The position numbers and the translations under genes were made by a program. A stretch of 38,556 nucleotides of DNA from Flavobacteriaceae bacterium TMED48 (GTDB taxonomy: Bacteria; Pseudomonadota; Gammaproteobacteria; Pseudomonadales; Porticoccaceae): NCBI GenBank assembly GCA_905181995.1, contig CAJIZO010000201.1, positions 1 through 38,556 on the forward strand. The letters are read 5' to 3'. This document shows, piece after piece, positions 19,148 to 29,677 of the stretch. Below the pieces are notes generated by a model, which had not been told where the DNA came from, did no database searches, and was given only the letters and a program-made list of their open reading frames with translations. Numbering within the stretch: position 1 is the stretch's first letter; every line of letters begins with the position of its first letter.

Positions 19148-19975
19148 TTATAACGGCCGCGTCAGCAGCAGCAGGGCGAACAGCGGTAATCCCGCCATAA
19201 CGCCATCGATGCGATCGAGCAAACCGCCGTGCCCCGGCAATAAACGGCTACTGTCTTTAAGTCCACTAGAACGCTTCAGCATGCTTTCAAATAAATCTCC
19301 AAACACCGAGATCAACGCCACCGGAAATACCAACAGTGCCGCAGTCTCGGCTGGCATCGCCAGCGCTGGTGACTGCACGAGAAATATAAAAATAGGAATT
19401 TGTATGGCGATGCCGCAGGCAAAGCCCTCCCAGGTTTTACCTGGACTTACCTGCGGTGCCAACTGCCGCCGGCCGAAAATTTTGCCGCCAAAATAACCGC
19501 CAACGTCGGCGAATACAATCACCCCGATACCTAGCAGTAAAAACACCGTGCCATTCGCTTGCGCCAAAATTAACACCACTGCTAGCCACGTAAAAACCAG
19601 CAGTAACAAACCATTGAGCGCCAGTAACAGCGGCCTCGACCAGATAGCCGACGCCGTCGGATAACGCCACAAAAAAACAAAGTTCAATAGCCATAGACCA
19701 AGGGCCGCGGCCATTAGTTGTATACCGACCTCTAGATTAATCTCAGCAAAGAAATTGACGCTGCTGCCGGCAGCCGCCAAACTTAAAAACAGCAGGAGCA
19801 GGTACAGGGCTTTGGATTGCGCCGATTGCAGCCCCGCCAAATTAGACCACTCCCAACCCGCCAACAATAGAACCGGCACCAACAGCACAGCAAACACGTG
19901 CGCGGAAAGATAATGCAGGCATAATAAAAAGGTGGTCGCCATCGCCAGCGCGGTGAAAATTCTAAGTTTTAACAT
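19148..19975 (-). CDS. cdsA: Phosphatidate cytidylyltransferase
   Basis: Multi-pass membrane protein with ADxGGYFxG, SPGKTWEG and GDLFESMLKRSSGLKDSSRLLPGHGGLLDRID. Start set at ATG 19975 (MLKLRI), right after the uppS stop. Confidence 0.95.
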   Translation of the reverse strand: MLKLRIFTALAMATTFLLCLHYLSAHVFAVLLVPVLLLAGWEWSNLAGLQSAQSKALYLLLLFLSLAAAGSSVNFFAEINLEVGIQLMAAALGLWLLNFVFLWRYPTASAIWSRPLLLALNGLLLLVFTWLAVVLILAQANGTVFLLLGIGVIVFADVGGYFGGKIFGRRQLAPQVSPGKTWEGFACGIAIQIPIFIFLVQSPALAMPAETAALLVFPVALISVFGDLFESMLKRSSGLKDSSRLLPGHGGLLDRIDGVMAGLPLFALLLLTRPL

Positions 19976-19976
19976 G

Positions 19977-20738
19977 CTAACTCTCACCGCCACCGATAGC
20001 GGATTCCGCGCCGCTACGCCGATGACCAAACCGTCGCTTTCGCGAATAGTACTCGGCTACTGCTTGATCGAGAAGTTCGGGGCCGAAGTCGGGCCAATAA
20101 CAATCGCTGACAAAGAGTTCGGTATAGGCTAAGTGCCACAGCAAAAAGTTACTGATGCGCTCTTCGCCACCAGTGCGGATGCACAAATCTGGGTCGGGAA
20201 GGTCCTGCAATTGCAGATTCTTTGCCAGCGTTTTCTCGCAGATGTCGGAGACCCGCAAACGTCCCATCTGCACTTGCATGGCGACTTCTCGGGCAGCCTC
20301 TACAACATCCCAACGGCCGCCATAATCAACGCACAACACCAAGGTAAAGCTGCCACTAGCGGTAATTGATTCGGCCTCACCAATTAACTTGCGTAGGCTC
20401 TCGCTAAAATTGGCGCGGTTGCCGATAACCTTCAACCGCACGCCGTCATCGCGCAGCGACATTGCCTCTTTTTTCAGATAGCTGGCAAACAGCGACATCA
20501 AACCGGTGACTTCGATTTCCGGTCGCTGCCAATTTTCGCTGCTAAAAGCGAACAAACTGACGACCTCAATGCCATGCGCTTTAGTGGCTTTTAAGATCCC
20601 ACGAATTCGTTCGACACCGGCCTCGTGCCCAGCGATACCCGTGAGTCCACGCAGCGTGGCCCAGCGATTGTTACCATCCATAATTATGGCGAGGTGCCTG
20701 AGGGGATGGCTTGCGTCTCTAGAGACTTGATCGGTCAT
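19977..20738 (-). CDS. uppS: Undecaprenyl diphosphate synthase (cis-prenyltransferase)
   Basis: HLAIIMDGNNRWA, FAFSSENWQRP, YGGRWD, PDLCIRTGGEERISNFLLW, YWPDF, RRFG. Confidence 0.97.
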   Translation of the reverse strand: MTDQVSRDASHPLRHLAIIMDGNNRWATLRGLTGIAGHEAGVERIRGILKATKAHGIEVVSLFAFSSENWQRPEIEVTGLMSLFASYLKKEAMSLRDDGVRLKVIGNRANFSESLRKLIGEAESITASGSFTLVLCVDYGGRWDVVEAAREVAMQVQMGRLRVSDICEKTLAKNLQLQDLPDPDLCIRTGGEERISNFLLWHLAYTELFVSDCYWPDFGPELLDQAVAEYYSRKRRFGHRRSGAESAIGGGES

Positions 20739-20758
20739 AATACGTCAGCAAACGGAGC

Positions 20759-21316
20759 TTATATCTCCATTAAGTCCTTGTCTTTGGCCGCCAGCAACAA
20801 ATCCACTTTGGAAATGTAACCGTCGGTAATTTTTTGCACCTCGTCCTGCGCACGGCGTTCGTCGTCCTCGCTGATATCCTTGGACTTTTGCAACTCTTTG
20901 ACGTCTGACAATACATCTCTGCGCACATTGCGGATCGAGACCCGCGTCTGTTCCGCTTCACTTTTCGCCTGCTTTCCGTAGACTTTGCGCGTCTCCTCAG
21001 TCAACGAAGGTAACGGAATACGAATGACAGTTCCCGCCGTGGCTGGATTTAAACCCAGGTCAGATTTCATGATGGCTTTCTCAATCTGAGGAATAAGACT
21101 CCGCTCCCAGGGTGTTACCGACAGCGTTCTAGCGTCTTCGACGCCGATCGACGCCGCCTGCGATAAAGGCGTATCGACACCGTAGTAATCTACCGAGATG
21201 CCATCCAAAAGGTTCGGGTGCGCGCGCCCGGTGCGGATTTTGTTAAAGGCACCGCCCAGAGCATCGAGCGCCTTGTCCATCCTATCGCGCGCGTCCTGCT
21301 TTAATTCTTCAATCAT
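20759..21316 (-). CDS. frr: Ribosome recycling factor
   Basis: [38 protein letters not shown]. Confidence 0.97.
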   Translation of the reverse strand: MIEELKQDARDRMDKALDALGGAFNKIRTGRAHPNLLDGISVDYYGVDTPLSQAASIGVEDARTLSVTPWERSLIPQIEKAIMKSDLGLNPATAGTVIRIPLPSLTEETRKVYGKQAKSEAEQTRVSIRNVRRDVLSDVKELQKSKDISEDDERRAQDEVQKITDGYISKVDLLLAAKDKDLMEI

Positions 21317-21322
21317 GCTTAC

Positions 21323-22054
21323 CTACCTTTCTTCGATTAGGGTTCCCTCGTCACTACCCATCACTAAATTGAGCAGCGCGCCAGGTTTTGACATCCGAAA
21401 CACCCGCAACGGCATACCGTGTTCTCGACACAGACAGATAGCGGTAAGATCCATAACCGCGAGCTTTTTGTCAAGCATTTCATCGTAGGTCAAATGACTA
21501 TAGAGCGTCGCAGTGGGATCGAGCATGGGGTCGGCAGAATACACGCCATCGACTTTGGTCGCCTTGAGTACGACATCGGCGTCGATCTCAATTCCCCGCA
21601 AACAAGCGGCCGAATCGGTGGTGAAAAAGGGGTTGCCGGTGCCGGCCGCAAAAATGACCACATCACCTTCTTTGATGTAGCGCATAGCACGACGTCGATC
21701 GTAGTGTTCGACAACCCCACTCATCGGGATGGACGACATTACGTGAGATGAAATATTGGTTCGCTCGAGCGCATCGCGCATCGCCAACGCATTCATCACC
21801 GTGGCGAGCATGCCCATGTGATCACCGGTCACTCGCTCCATACCAGCCGCGCTGAGAGCGGCTCCACGGAATAGGTTACCGCCGCCAATGACCAGTCCGA
21901 CCTGCACCCCAATACCGACCAATTGGCCGATCTCAAGGGCCATACGATCGAGGACTTTCGGATCGATTCCAAAGCCCTCATTGCCCATGAGTTCTTCACC
22001 ACTCAACTTGAGCAGAATACGCTTGTAGTTGTTTTCTCTACTCGAATTTGGCAT
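21323..22054 (-). CDS. pyrH: UMP kinase
   Basis: [57 protein letters not shown]. Confidence 0.98.
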   Translation of the reverse strand: MPNSSRENNYKRILLKLSGEELMGNEGFGIDPKVLDRMALEIGQLVGIGVQVGLVIGGGNLFRGAALSAAGMERVTGDHMGMLATVMNALAMRDALERTNISSHVMSSIPMSGVVEHYDRRRAMRYIKEGDVVIFAAGTGNPFFTTDSAACLRGIEIDADVVLKATKVDGVYSADPMLDPTATLYSHLTYDEMLDKKLAVMDLTAICLCREHGMPLRVFRMSKPGALLNLVMGSDEGTLIEER

Positions 22055-22072
22055 ACAACGTCCTAGTTTGGA

Positions 22073-22936
22073 TTAACTAACGCTTTCGACTTGCGCCGCC
22101 ACCTCCGCAGCAAAGTCCACTTCTTCGACGGCGATTCCCTCACCGACCTCGAAGCGCACAAAACTCACGATCTCGGCTCCGGCGCTAGACACGAGCTTGC
22201 CAACGGTGGTGTCGGGATCTTTGACAAACGGTTGATCGACCAAGCTATTTTCTTTGAGAAACTTGGCCACGCGACCGCCGATCATTTTTTCTATAATCTC
22301 CTCGGGCTTGCCGCTCTCGCGCGCTTGTGCCGCATAGATTTCTTTTTCGGCGGTTATCGCCTCTGCCGGCATATCGTCAGAGCGCACAACGGTCGGATTG
22401 ACCGCCGCAACATGCATCGCCACATCGCGAGCAAGCTCTTCGTTGCCGGCGGTCAGGCCGACCAATACACCAATCCGGTTATTGCTGTGCACGTACTCAC
22501 CAACTACCGGCGCCTCAATGCTGTGTGCGCGGCGCGGAGAAATATTTTCACCAATCTTTTGGACGAGATCACCCCGTTGAGATTCGAGATCAGTGCTCGA
22601 AAAAAGACCTTGTAAATCGGTCTGCTTAGCATCGAAGGCCGCATCCACAACCGTCTTGACAAAGGCTTGGAAATTCTCATCTCGAGCGACAAAATCAGTC
22701 TCACTATTGATCTCAACCAACATACCGTACTGACCATTGACCTTGACGCTCACCATGCCATCCGCCGCAGTACGACCGGCTTTCTTAGCCGCTTTTAGAC
22801 CGCTGGACTTGCGTAAGTCTTCGATCGCCTTTTCTATATCGGCATCGGCACTAACCAATGCTCGTTTGCACTCCATCATTCCCAAGCCGGTGCGTTCACG
22901 AAGCTCCTTTACCAAAGCTGTTGCTACCTGTGCCAT
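22073..22936 (-). CDS. tsf: Elongation factor Ts
   Basis: [45 protein letters not shown]. Confidence 0.98.
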   Translation of the reverse strand: MAQVATALVKELRERTGLGMMECKRALVSADADIEKAIEDLRKSSGLKAAKKAGRTAADGMVSVKVNGQYGMLVEINSETDFVARDENFQAFVKTVVDAAFDAKQTDLQGLFSSTDLESQRGDLVQKIGENISPRRAHSIEAPVVGEYVHSNNRIGVLVGLTAGNEELARDVAMHVAAVNPTVVRSDDMPAEAITAEKEIYAAQARESGKPEEIIEKMIGGRVAKFLKENSLVDQPFVKDPDTTVGKLVSSAGAEIVSFVRFEVGEGIAVEEVDFAAEVAAQVESVS

Positions 22937-22965
22937 AACTGGCCTCCATTACTGTAATTTTATAT

Positions 22966-22989
22966 AAAAAAGGGGGCCATTGCCCCCTT
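22966..22989 (-). terminator. Intrinsic terminator/attenuator between rpsB and tsf
   Basis: Minus strand AAGGGGGC-AATG-GCCCCCTT followed by a T run; an attenuator at this position is known in E. coli rpsB-tsf. Confidence 0.85.
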
Positions 22990-23019
22990 GCACTCAGTTA
23001 TTTCAATCCTCTGCGCAAG

Positions 23020-23808
23020 CTACGCAGATGCGGCTTCGCCGGCCTCAGCAGCGGGCGTGACTTGTTCCACCGGAGCGGCACCCTCTGCCATCTCGACAAA
23101 CTCGTCTTTATCCGACACCGTCGCCGATTCAGCCTGACCTTCCAACACCGAATCTGCTATAGATGCAGCATAAAGTTTGATCGCGCGAATAGAGTCATCG
23201 TTGCCAGGAATGATGTAATCAACACCATCAGGATTGCTGTTGGTATCGACAATGCCGACCACCGGAATGCCCAGCTTATTGGCTTCATTGATGGCAATGC
23301 GCTCGTGATCCACATCGATCACAAACAACATGTCGGGCAAGCCATTCATATCTTTTATACCACCGATAGAGTTTTCCAGCTTGTCTTTCATGCGCGTTCG
23401 CATCAACACTTCTTTCTTTGTCAGCCGTTCGAAGGTACCGTCCTTCTCCTGCTGCTCCAACTCCCTGTAGCGCTTAATCGACGCGCGAATAGTTTTGTAG
23501 TTGGTGAGCATCCCCCCCAGCCATCGATGACTGACGTAGGGCATAGAGCAACGCTCAGCCTGCTCTTTAACAATTTTGTTCGCAGCACGCTTGGTGCCAA
23601 CAAACAGAATTTGATTACCGCGTGCCGCCTCAGTGCGCATGACCTTTAATGCTTCGTTAAAAGCAGGTACCGTGTGTTCGAGGTTGATGACGTGGACTTT
23701 ATTGCGCGAGCCAAAAATAAACTGGCTCATTTTGGGATTCCAAAAACGTGTTTGGTGGCCAAAGTGAACACCGGCTTGAAGCATATCTCGCATGCTTACT
23801 GTAGACAT
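23020..23808 (-). CDS. rpsB: 30S ribosomal protein S2
   Basis: [52 protein letters not shown]. Confidence 0.99.
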   Translation of the reverse strand: MSTVSMRDMLQAGVHFGHQTRFWNPKMSQFIFGSRNKVHVINLEHTVPAFNEALKVMRTEAARGNQILFVGTKRAANKIVKEQAERCSMPYVSHRWLGGMLTNYKTIRASIKRYRELEQQEKDGTFERLTKKEVLMRTRMKDKLENSIGGIKDMNGLPDMLFVIDVDHERIAINEANKLGIPVVGIVDTNSNPDGVDYIIPGNDDSIRAIKLYAASIADSVLEGQAESATVSDKDEFVEMAEGAAPVEQVTPAAEAGEAASA

Positions 23809-23822
23809 AATATTTTCCTTTT

Positions 23823-23919
23823 GGGGGTTAGGCCTCCACGTACCCCAACAGTCAACCCGGCGACATCTAAACGATGATCGAACATAGGCACCCTAACTGT
23901 CGTGACGGAACGTGTGTGT
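23823..23919 (-). ncRNA. t44 RNA, the rpsB 5' leader (S2 autoregulatory structure)
   Basis: Minus strand ACACACACG...GGGTGCC...GGGGTACGTGGAGGCCTAACCCC immediately upstream of rpsB, matching the conserved t44 pattern. Confidence 0.88.
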
Positions 23920-23958
23920 CGTTAGTTAAAATAACCCGATGAAGACCGTCTCCATCGA

Positions 23959-23976
23959 GGCGCGCTTTATACCACA
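23959..23976 (-). promoter_or_regulatory. rpsB extended -10 promoter with GC-rich discriminator
   Basis: Minus strand TGTGGTATAAA followed by GCGCGCC, the arrangement known for gammaproteobacterial rpsB promoters. Confidence 0.85.
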
Positions 23977-24163
23977 ATTGATGGGGTGAGTTAAAGCAAA
24001 AATAACCGCGTTGACCCAGCGGCGGCGCTACTTAGAGCTGCCGATAGGGTGGGGGCAAAGCGCTCGATCAATTCTGGAGCATAAAAAAACCGCTAAAACC
24101 TCCCCCAGCAATGTCTAGCAAGTTACAATAGTGCGGTCACAAACGCTTACAACAAGGCCCATT

Positions 24164-24934
24164 ATGACGGTTAATTTAAGGTCCGAACAGGATCTAGACA
24201 AAATGCGTATCGCCGGTCGTATGGCCGCCGAGGTTCTAGAACTGATTGAAGAGCACGTCATACCCGGCGTGACGACCGAAGAACTCGATCAAATATGCCA
24301 CCGACACATCGTTGAAATCCAGAGCGCGATCCCCGCCTGTTTGGGCTATCGCGGGTTCACAAAATCCATCTGCACATCGATTAACCAAGTGGTTTGTCAT
24401 GGCATACCAACGGATAAAAAGACCCTAAAAAATGGCGATATAATCAATATCGATGTGACCGTGATAAAAGATGGCTGGCATGGCGACACCAGTAAAATGT
24501 TTTTGGTCGGTAAAGTTCCGACCCACGCGCAACGGTTAGTCACTGTATCCCAGGAGTGTCTCTATCTAGCCCTAGAAATGGTTCGTCCGGGCGTGCGCTT
24601 GGGCGACTTGGGGCACTGCATACAAAACCATGCTGAGGCCAATCACTACACCGTTGTCCGCGATTATTGCGGGCACGGCATCGGCCGCGAATTCCACGAA
24701 GATCCGCAAGTGTTGCATTACGGAAGACCCAACACCGGCTTGGTACTAGCAGCCGGGATGACCTTTACTATCGAACCGATGGTCAATGCAGGGCGTCATA
24801 CCACCAAAGTAAAACGCGATGGATGGACGGTAGAAACCATCGATGGCCGACTATCGTCGCAGTGGGAACATACTATCGCAGTCACTCAAGATGGTTGTGA
24901 AGTTCTCACAGCGCGTTCCGAAGAGTCCTTTTAG
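24164..24934 (+). CDS. map: Methionine aminopeptidase type I
   Basis: SICTSINQVVCHGIP, GDIINIDVT, GWHGDTS, YCGHGIG, FTIEPMVN, QWEHT. Start set at ATG 24164; the ORF track starts at GTG 24131. Confidence 0.97.
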   Translation: MTVNLRSEQDLDKMRIAGRMAAEVLELIEEHVIPGVTTEELDQICHRHIVEIQSAIPACLGYRGFTKSICTSINQVVCHGIPTDKKTLKNGDIINIDVTVIKDGWHGDTSKMFLVGKVPTHAQRLVTVSQECLYLALEMVRPGVRLGDLGHCIQNHAEANHYTVVRDYCGHGIGREFHEDPQVLHYGRPNTGLVLAAGMTFTIEPMVNAGRHTTKVKRDGWTVETIDGRLSSQWEHTIAVTQDGCEVLTARSEESF

Positions 24935-24946
24935 GATCCCAATCCG

Positions 24947-27628
24947 ATGCTTTTAAAACACCAATCTGCACCGATATTTTTTGACCTCAAGCGTTTTTTT
25001 TCCGATCTCCGAGATGGCGACCCCGTTGAGATTTTTAAAAATGCGTTGAACGCTGCCGACAATCACTTCAATACGCGCTTTCACGAGGGCGATGAAGCCC
25101 ATCGCTTGGTACATGACCGTGCCGACTTTGTCGACCTTATGATCAGCTATGCGTGGCAACGCTATGACTGGGATCCACATATCAGTCTACTGGCGGTCGG
25201 TGGATATGGCCGCGGCGAGCTCCATCCCCATTCGGACATCGATATATTGCTACTCACCGTCAGTGACAATACCCAGCGCTATCAATCAAGTATTGAGCAA
25301 TTTCTGGCCTTTTTGTGGGATATAAATTTACACATTAGCCATAGCGTTCGCTCTATACAGCAGTGTGTCGACGCCGCGAGAGACGACATTAGCATTGCCA
25401 CCAACCTGATGGAAACGCGTCTGGTCTGCGGCAGTGCCGAGATGCTCACGCAATTGATGCGCTCCACCGGCCCAGAACACATTTGGACGTCGGCGAACTT
25501 TTACCGTGGCAAGCTCGAAGAACAGCGCGAGCGGTACCACAAACACGACGACACCGAGTACAACTTAGAGCCCAACATCAAAGAAGCACCGGGTGGCCTG
25601 CGCGACATCCAATTGATCAATTGGACCGCTAAGCGACATTTTGGCGCTCAACGCCGTTCACAGCTGGTGCAAAACGCTTTTTTACTCGAGGAGGAGTACG
25701 GCCGTTTATACATCGATGAAGAGTTCTTGTGGCGGGTACGTTACGGTTTGCACTTGATCGCGGGGCGCGCCGAAGAAAGGCTATTATTTGACTACCAGCG
25801 CAGCCTCGCCAAGATGTTTGGCTACATCGACAGCAACGGTAAGCTCGGTGTCGAAAAGTTTATGCAACGCTACTACCGCACGGTACTTTCGATACGAGGA
25901 CTCACTGATGTGCTGCATCAGCACCTCGACGAAGCTATTTATCGAGGCAACAAGACCCGGGTCAACAAAGTCGTGAATGAGCGCTTTATACTGCGGGACA
26001 ATTTACTCGACACGGCTACCGACACCACGTTTGATAACCACCCATCTGCCCTGCTCGAAGTGTTTGTCATCCTTGGCGAAAACGACAGTATTGAGGGCAT
26101 AAGAGCCTCGGCCATTCGGCAAATCAGACACTCAGTTGCGTTGATAGATACAGAATTTCGAGCCGACCCCGCCAATCGACGCCTATTTATGCGCCTAATG
26201 CGCGCACCCTATATGCTGTCACTGCAGTTAAATCGCATGAACCGCTACGGAATTCTGGGCAAGTACCTACCCGAATTCGGCAACATTGTTGGCCAAACGC
26301 AGCACGACTTATTTCATATTTACCCGGTCGATGTGCATACCCTACAGGTGATAAAAAATATTCGGCGACTTGCCCGTCCAGACGTCGCCAAGCAATTCCC
26401 ATTGCCATCACATTTATTTAAAAATCTGGCAAAGCCAGAACTCATTATTATCGCCGCCCTATTCCACGATATCGCCAAGGGCCGCGGTGGCGATCACTCG
26501 GTACTCGGCGCTCGAGATATCGGCCAGTTTGCCCGCCGTCACTCACTCCACCGCGATGAGGTTGCGCTGTTAGTTTGGTTGGTAAAAAACCACTTGTTAA
26601 TGTCGTCGGTATCGCAAAGAGAGGATATTTCGGACCCCGAGGTCATCCATCGATTTGCCTCGCTCGTCGGCGACACCATGCATCTGGATTATCTCTATGT
26701 TCTTACCGTCGGCGACATTAACGCCACCAACCCAAACCTGTGGACCGAGTGGAAAGGCTCGCTGATGCAATCGCTATACGTCGAGACCAAGCGCGCGCTA
26801 AGCCGAGGACTGGGTGCCCCTGTGCACAAGAGTCGCTGGTCTAAAAACGCCAAAAGCGTCATATTTAAGCGCCTTAAAGAGCGCCAGATCGAGCGTCGAC
26901 ATGCGGTGAAAATTTGGGGAGATATTGGCGATGAGTTTTTCTTACGCGAGACCATCGATGATATTGTTCGCTATACCGAAGCCATCCACCAACATCGTGC
27001 CGGCAATCAAAAAAATCTAGAACCAGTCATCCTGCTGCGCGATATCGGTATCGAAATACCCATCGTCACGCAAATATTCGTCTACTCCAAAGATCAAGAC
27101 AACATTCTTGCCGTCACCGCTGCCGTGTTGGATAAGTTGAACTTAAATATCCAAGATGCTCGCCTGCACACCAACAGTGACGAGGATACATTTGACGTAT
27201 TTTATGTGCTGGACAGCAATGGCGAACCCGTCGGGCGAGACAGTCGGCTGAGTCGGAGACTGGAAAAAACCCTGCGTTTGGGACTGTTATCGCCAGACAA
27301 GGTAGATTTTAATACCCAGCGCCGAACCCCCCGGCAATTAAAGAGCTTTAACACCAAAACCACAGCAAAATTTAGCATTGACGCCGAAACTAACGCCACG
27401 ATGCTCGAGGTAATGACGCCGGATCGGCCGGGCTTACTGGCGCGCATGGCGAATATCTTTTTCCGCTTCAACCTGCGATTGCTTACTGCTAAAATCTCAA
27501 CGCTGGGGGAGCGCGTGGAAGATATCTTTTACCTCACCGACGAATTCAAACAACCGGTGTGCGATGCCGATTTTTGCCAATTGGTAGAGACGACTATTTG
27601 CCGTGAGTTGGATAGCTGCAATGACTAA
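24947..27628 (+). CDS. glnD: PII uridylyltransferase/uridylyl-removing enzyme
   Basis: AVGGYGRGELHPHSDID, LEPNIKEAPGGLRD, HD motif FHDIAKGRGGDHS, ACT domains (DRPGLLA, TLGERVEDIF). Confidence 0.97.
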   Translation: MLLKHQSAPIFFDLKRFFSDLRDGDPVEIFKNALNAADNHFNTRFHEGDEAHRLVHDRADFVDLMISYAWQRYDWDPHISLLAVGGYGRGELHPHSDIDILLLTVSDNTQRYQSSIEQFLAFLWDINLHISHSVRSIQQCVDAARDDISIATNLMETRLVCGSAEMLTQLMRSTGPEHIWTSANFYRGKLEEQRERYHKHDDTEYNLEPNIKEAPGGLRDIQLINWTAKRHFGAQRRSQLVQNAFLLEEEYGRLYIDEEFLWRVRYGLHLIAGRAEERLLFDYQRSLAKMFGYIDSNGKLGVEKFMQRYYRTVLSIRGLTDVLHQHLDEAIYRGNKTRVNKVVNERFILRDNLLDTATDTTFDNHPSALLEVFVILGENDSIEGIRASAIRQIRHSVALIDTEFRADPANRRLFMRLMRAPYMLSLQLNRMNRYGILGKYLPEFGNIVGQTQHDLFHIYPVDVHTLQVIKNIRRLARPDVAKQFPLPSHLFKNLAKPELIIIAALFHDIAKGRGGDHSVLGARDIGQFARRHSLHRDEVALLVWLVKNHLLMSSVSQREDISDPEVIHRFASLVGDTMHLDYLYVLTVGDINATNPNLWTEWKGSLMQSLYVETKRALSRGLGAPVHKSRWSKNAKSVIFKRLKERQIERRHAVKIWGDIGDEFFLRETIDDIVRYTEAIHQHRAGNQKNLEPVILLRDIGIEIPIVTQIFVYSKDQDNILAVTAAVLDKLNLNIQDARLHTNSDEDTFDVFYVLDSNGEPVGRDSRLSRRLEKTLRLGLLSPDKVDFNTQRRTPRQLKSFNTKTTAKFSIDAETNATMLEVMTPDRPGLLARMANIFFRFNLRLLTAKISTLGERVEDIFYLTDEFKQPVCDADFCQLVETTICRELDSCND

Positions 27629-27705
27629 CGGCTGTCCATCGATCGTCGACGACATTTTTGGCGTGGGCAATACGCGCTTAGCAGCCGGCCCGAACATGGA
27701 AAACT

Positions 27706-28914
27706 GTGACCTTGAATCCTAATCTGAAACGACTCGAGCCCTATCCCTTTGAGCTCCTAAAACAACTGGTAAAGGCGGTTCAACCGCCCTCCTCACTAAA
27801 ACATATCGCCCTATCGATTGGCGAACCAAAGCATCCGCCGCCAGAATTCGTCGAGCGAGCCCTGGAGGCGGCGATCGGCGGAATTAATCGCTACCCAACA
27901 ACCCGAGGTACCGAGTCATTGCGCAGCGCCATCGCCGAATGGTTAACCCGGCGCTATCAGTTGCCGGACACCTCAATTGATGCCGACACCCAAATACTGC
28001 CGGTCAACGGCACCCGCGAAGCCATTTTTGCCTTCACGCAAACAATCATCGACGCGTCGCTAGGCCCGACGGTGGTTTCGTGTAACCCGTTTTACCAAAT
28101 ATATGAAGGTGCAGCGATTCTCGCCGGAGCCGAGCCCTGGTATTTAAATTGTACTGCAGAAAATGATTTTATCGCCGACCTAGACAGCGTGCCCGAGTCA
28201 ATATGGCAACGCTGCCAATTACTGCATCTGTGCTCGCCCGGCAATCCTAGCGGCGCGGTTATGCGCTTAGAACAGATGCAACATGCGATCAGGCTGGCGC
28301 ACCGCTATGATTTTGTCGTCGTCAGTGACGAGTGTTATTCCGAAATCTATTTGCACGAACTGGACCCTCCGCCGGGATTACTCGAGGCCAGTGCGAGGAT
28401 GGGCAACGCTGACTTCAAGCGCTGCATGGTCTTTCATAGTTTATCAAAACGCTCAAATCTGCCAGGATTACGCTCCGGTTTTGCCGCCGGCGATGCCTCT
28501 TTGATTGAGAACTTTTTCCTCTACCGAACCTATCACGGTTCCGCCATGTCGCCGACCGTGCAGGCGGCCTCGACTGCTGCTTGGGGAGATGAATCGCACG
28601 TAGTCGAAAACCGGCGCCTCTACCGAGAAAAATTTACCGCAGTCACCACGGCACTGCGCGGCGTGTTAAGCTTTCCGGAACCGCGGGCAAGTTTTTATCT
28701 ATGGCCGGAGACGCCGATCGACGATATTGTCTTCGCCCGAGAACTCTATCGCCGCAAGCACGTAAGCGTGCTTCCCGGACAGTTTATGTCACGGCATGCG
28801 AATGGCGCCAATCCCGGCTGCAATCGCATCAGAATGGCACTGGTGGCTGACACCCAGGAATGTGTCGAGGCCGCCCACAGAATTGCCAGTTTTATCGAGG
28901 AGATTCAATGCTGA
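27706..28914 (+). CDS. dapC: Succinyldiaminopimelate transaminase
   Basis: LEPYPFE, LSIGEPKH, VNGTREA, NPFYQIYEGAA, CSPGNPSG, SDECYSEIY, SLSKRSNLPGLRSGF; follows glnD. The start could also be TTG 27712. Confidence 0.93.
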   Translation: MTLNPNLKRLEPYPFELLKQLVKAVQPPSSLKHIALSIGEPKHPPPEFVERALEAAIGGINRYPTTRGTESLRSAIAEWLTRRYQLPDTSIDADTQILPVNGTREAIFAFTQTIIDASLGPTVVSCNPFYQIYEGAAILAGAEPWYLNCTAENDFIADLDSVPESIWQRCQLLHLCSPGNPSGAVMRLEQMQHAIRLAHRYDFVVVSDECYSEIYLHELDPPPGLLEASARMGNADFKRCMVFHSLSKRSNLPGLRSGFAAGDASLIENFFLYRTYHGSAMSPTVQAASTAAWGDESHVVENRRLYREKFTAVTTALRGVLSFPEPRASFYLWPETPIDDIVFARELYRRKHVSVLPGQFMSRHANGANPGCNRIRMALVADTQECVEAAHRIASFIEEIQC

Positions 28915-29561
28915 GATCTGAAAGAGCCCTGTATATCCGCGAGAGACTGGAGCAACTCTATCCAGAAACTCCGATTCCTCTCGATCACGCAACCGTCTAC
29001 CAATTGCTGGTCGCAGTGTTATTGAGCGCCCAATGCACCGATGAGCGCGTCAATCAAGTCACGCCGAAGTTATTTGCGGTTGCCGACAACCCCTATGACA
29101 TGCAACATATTCCCGTCGGTGAAATTTATCAAATCGTGCGCCCCTGCGGTTTGGCACCAAAAAAATCGCGGGCCATCGCTGAACTGTCGAGCATAATAGT
29201 AAATCAGCACGCCGGAAAGGTACCAGAAGACATGGCACTGCTCGAACAACTTCCCGGCGTCGGGCATAAAACAGCCAGTGTAGTCATGTCTCAGGCGTTC
29301 GGCCAACCGACATTTCCAGTGGATACTCACATTTACAGATTAGCGCAGAGATGGGGCATAACCCGGGCAAAAAATGTCGCTGGCGCAGAGGCCGATTTAA
29401 AAAAGGCCTTCCCCCGCGAAAGTTGGAATAAGCTGCACTTACAGATCATTTTTTATGGCCGCGAATACTGTAGCGCGCGCGGTTGCGATGGACGCGTGTG
29501 CGAAATATGCCGGCATTGCTATCCCTACCGTAAGAACCCTTTTGTTGCGCGTAAAGCGTAA
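28908..29561 (+). CDS. nth: Endonuclease III (HhH-GPD DNA glycosylase/AP lyase)
   Basis: LLSAQCTDERVN, HhH motif LPGVGHKTA, FPVDTH, Cys-rich C-terminus. Start at ATG 28908 after GAGGAG, overlapping the dapC end. Confidence 0.92.
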   Translation: MLRSERALYIRERLEQLYPETPIPLDHATVYQLLVAVLLSAQCTDERVNQVTPKLFAVADNPYDMQHIPVGEIYQIVRPCGLAPKKSRAIAELSSIIVNQHAGKVPEDMALLEQLPGVGHKTASVVMSQAFGQPTFPVDTHIYRLAQRWGITRAKNVAGAEADLKKAFPRESWNKLHLQIIFYGREYCSARGCDGRVCEICRHCYPYRKNPFVARKA

Positions 29562-29631
29562 CGCCAAAAATCTGTAAAGTCGCTTGAGCGCCTTTGGGAA
29601 GGCGTTAAACTAGTCGGCCACAGGGTTAATT

Positions 29632-29665
29632 TGCTATGCTTACTCACGCTGGTAAAAATTATAAT
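29632..29665 (+). promoter_or_regulatory. Possible promoter(s) for yffB-dapD
   Basis: TG-C-TATGCT extended -10 at 29632-29640 and TATAAT at 29660-29665; no clean -35. Confidence 0.3.
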
Positions 29666-29677
29666 TGGATAGCCTAG

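Noticed and set aside
22091-23649. Long plus-strand ORFs (174 aa and 195 aa) antisense to tsf and rpsB
   Set aside because: Shadow ORFs expected from the codon bias of highly expressed genes; no RBS or recognisable domains.
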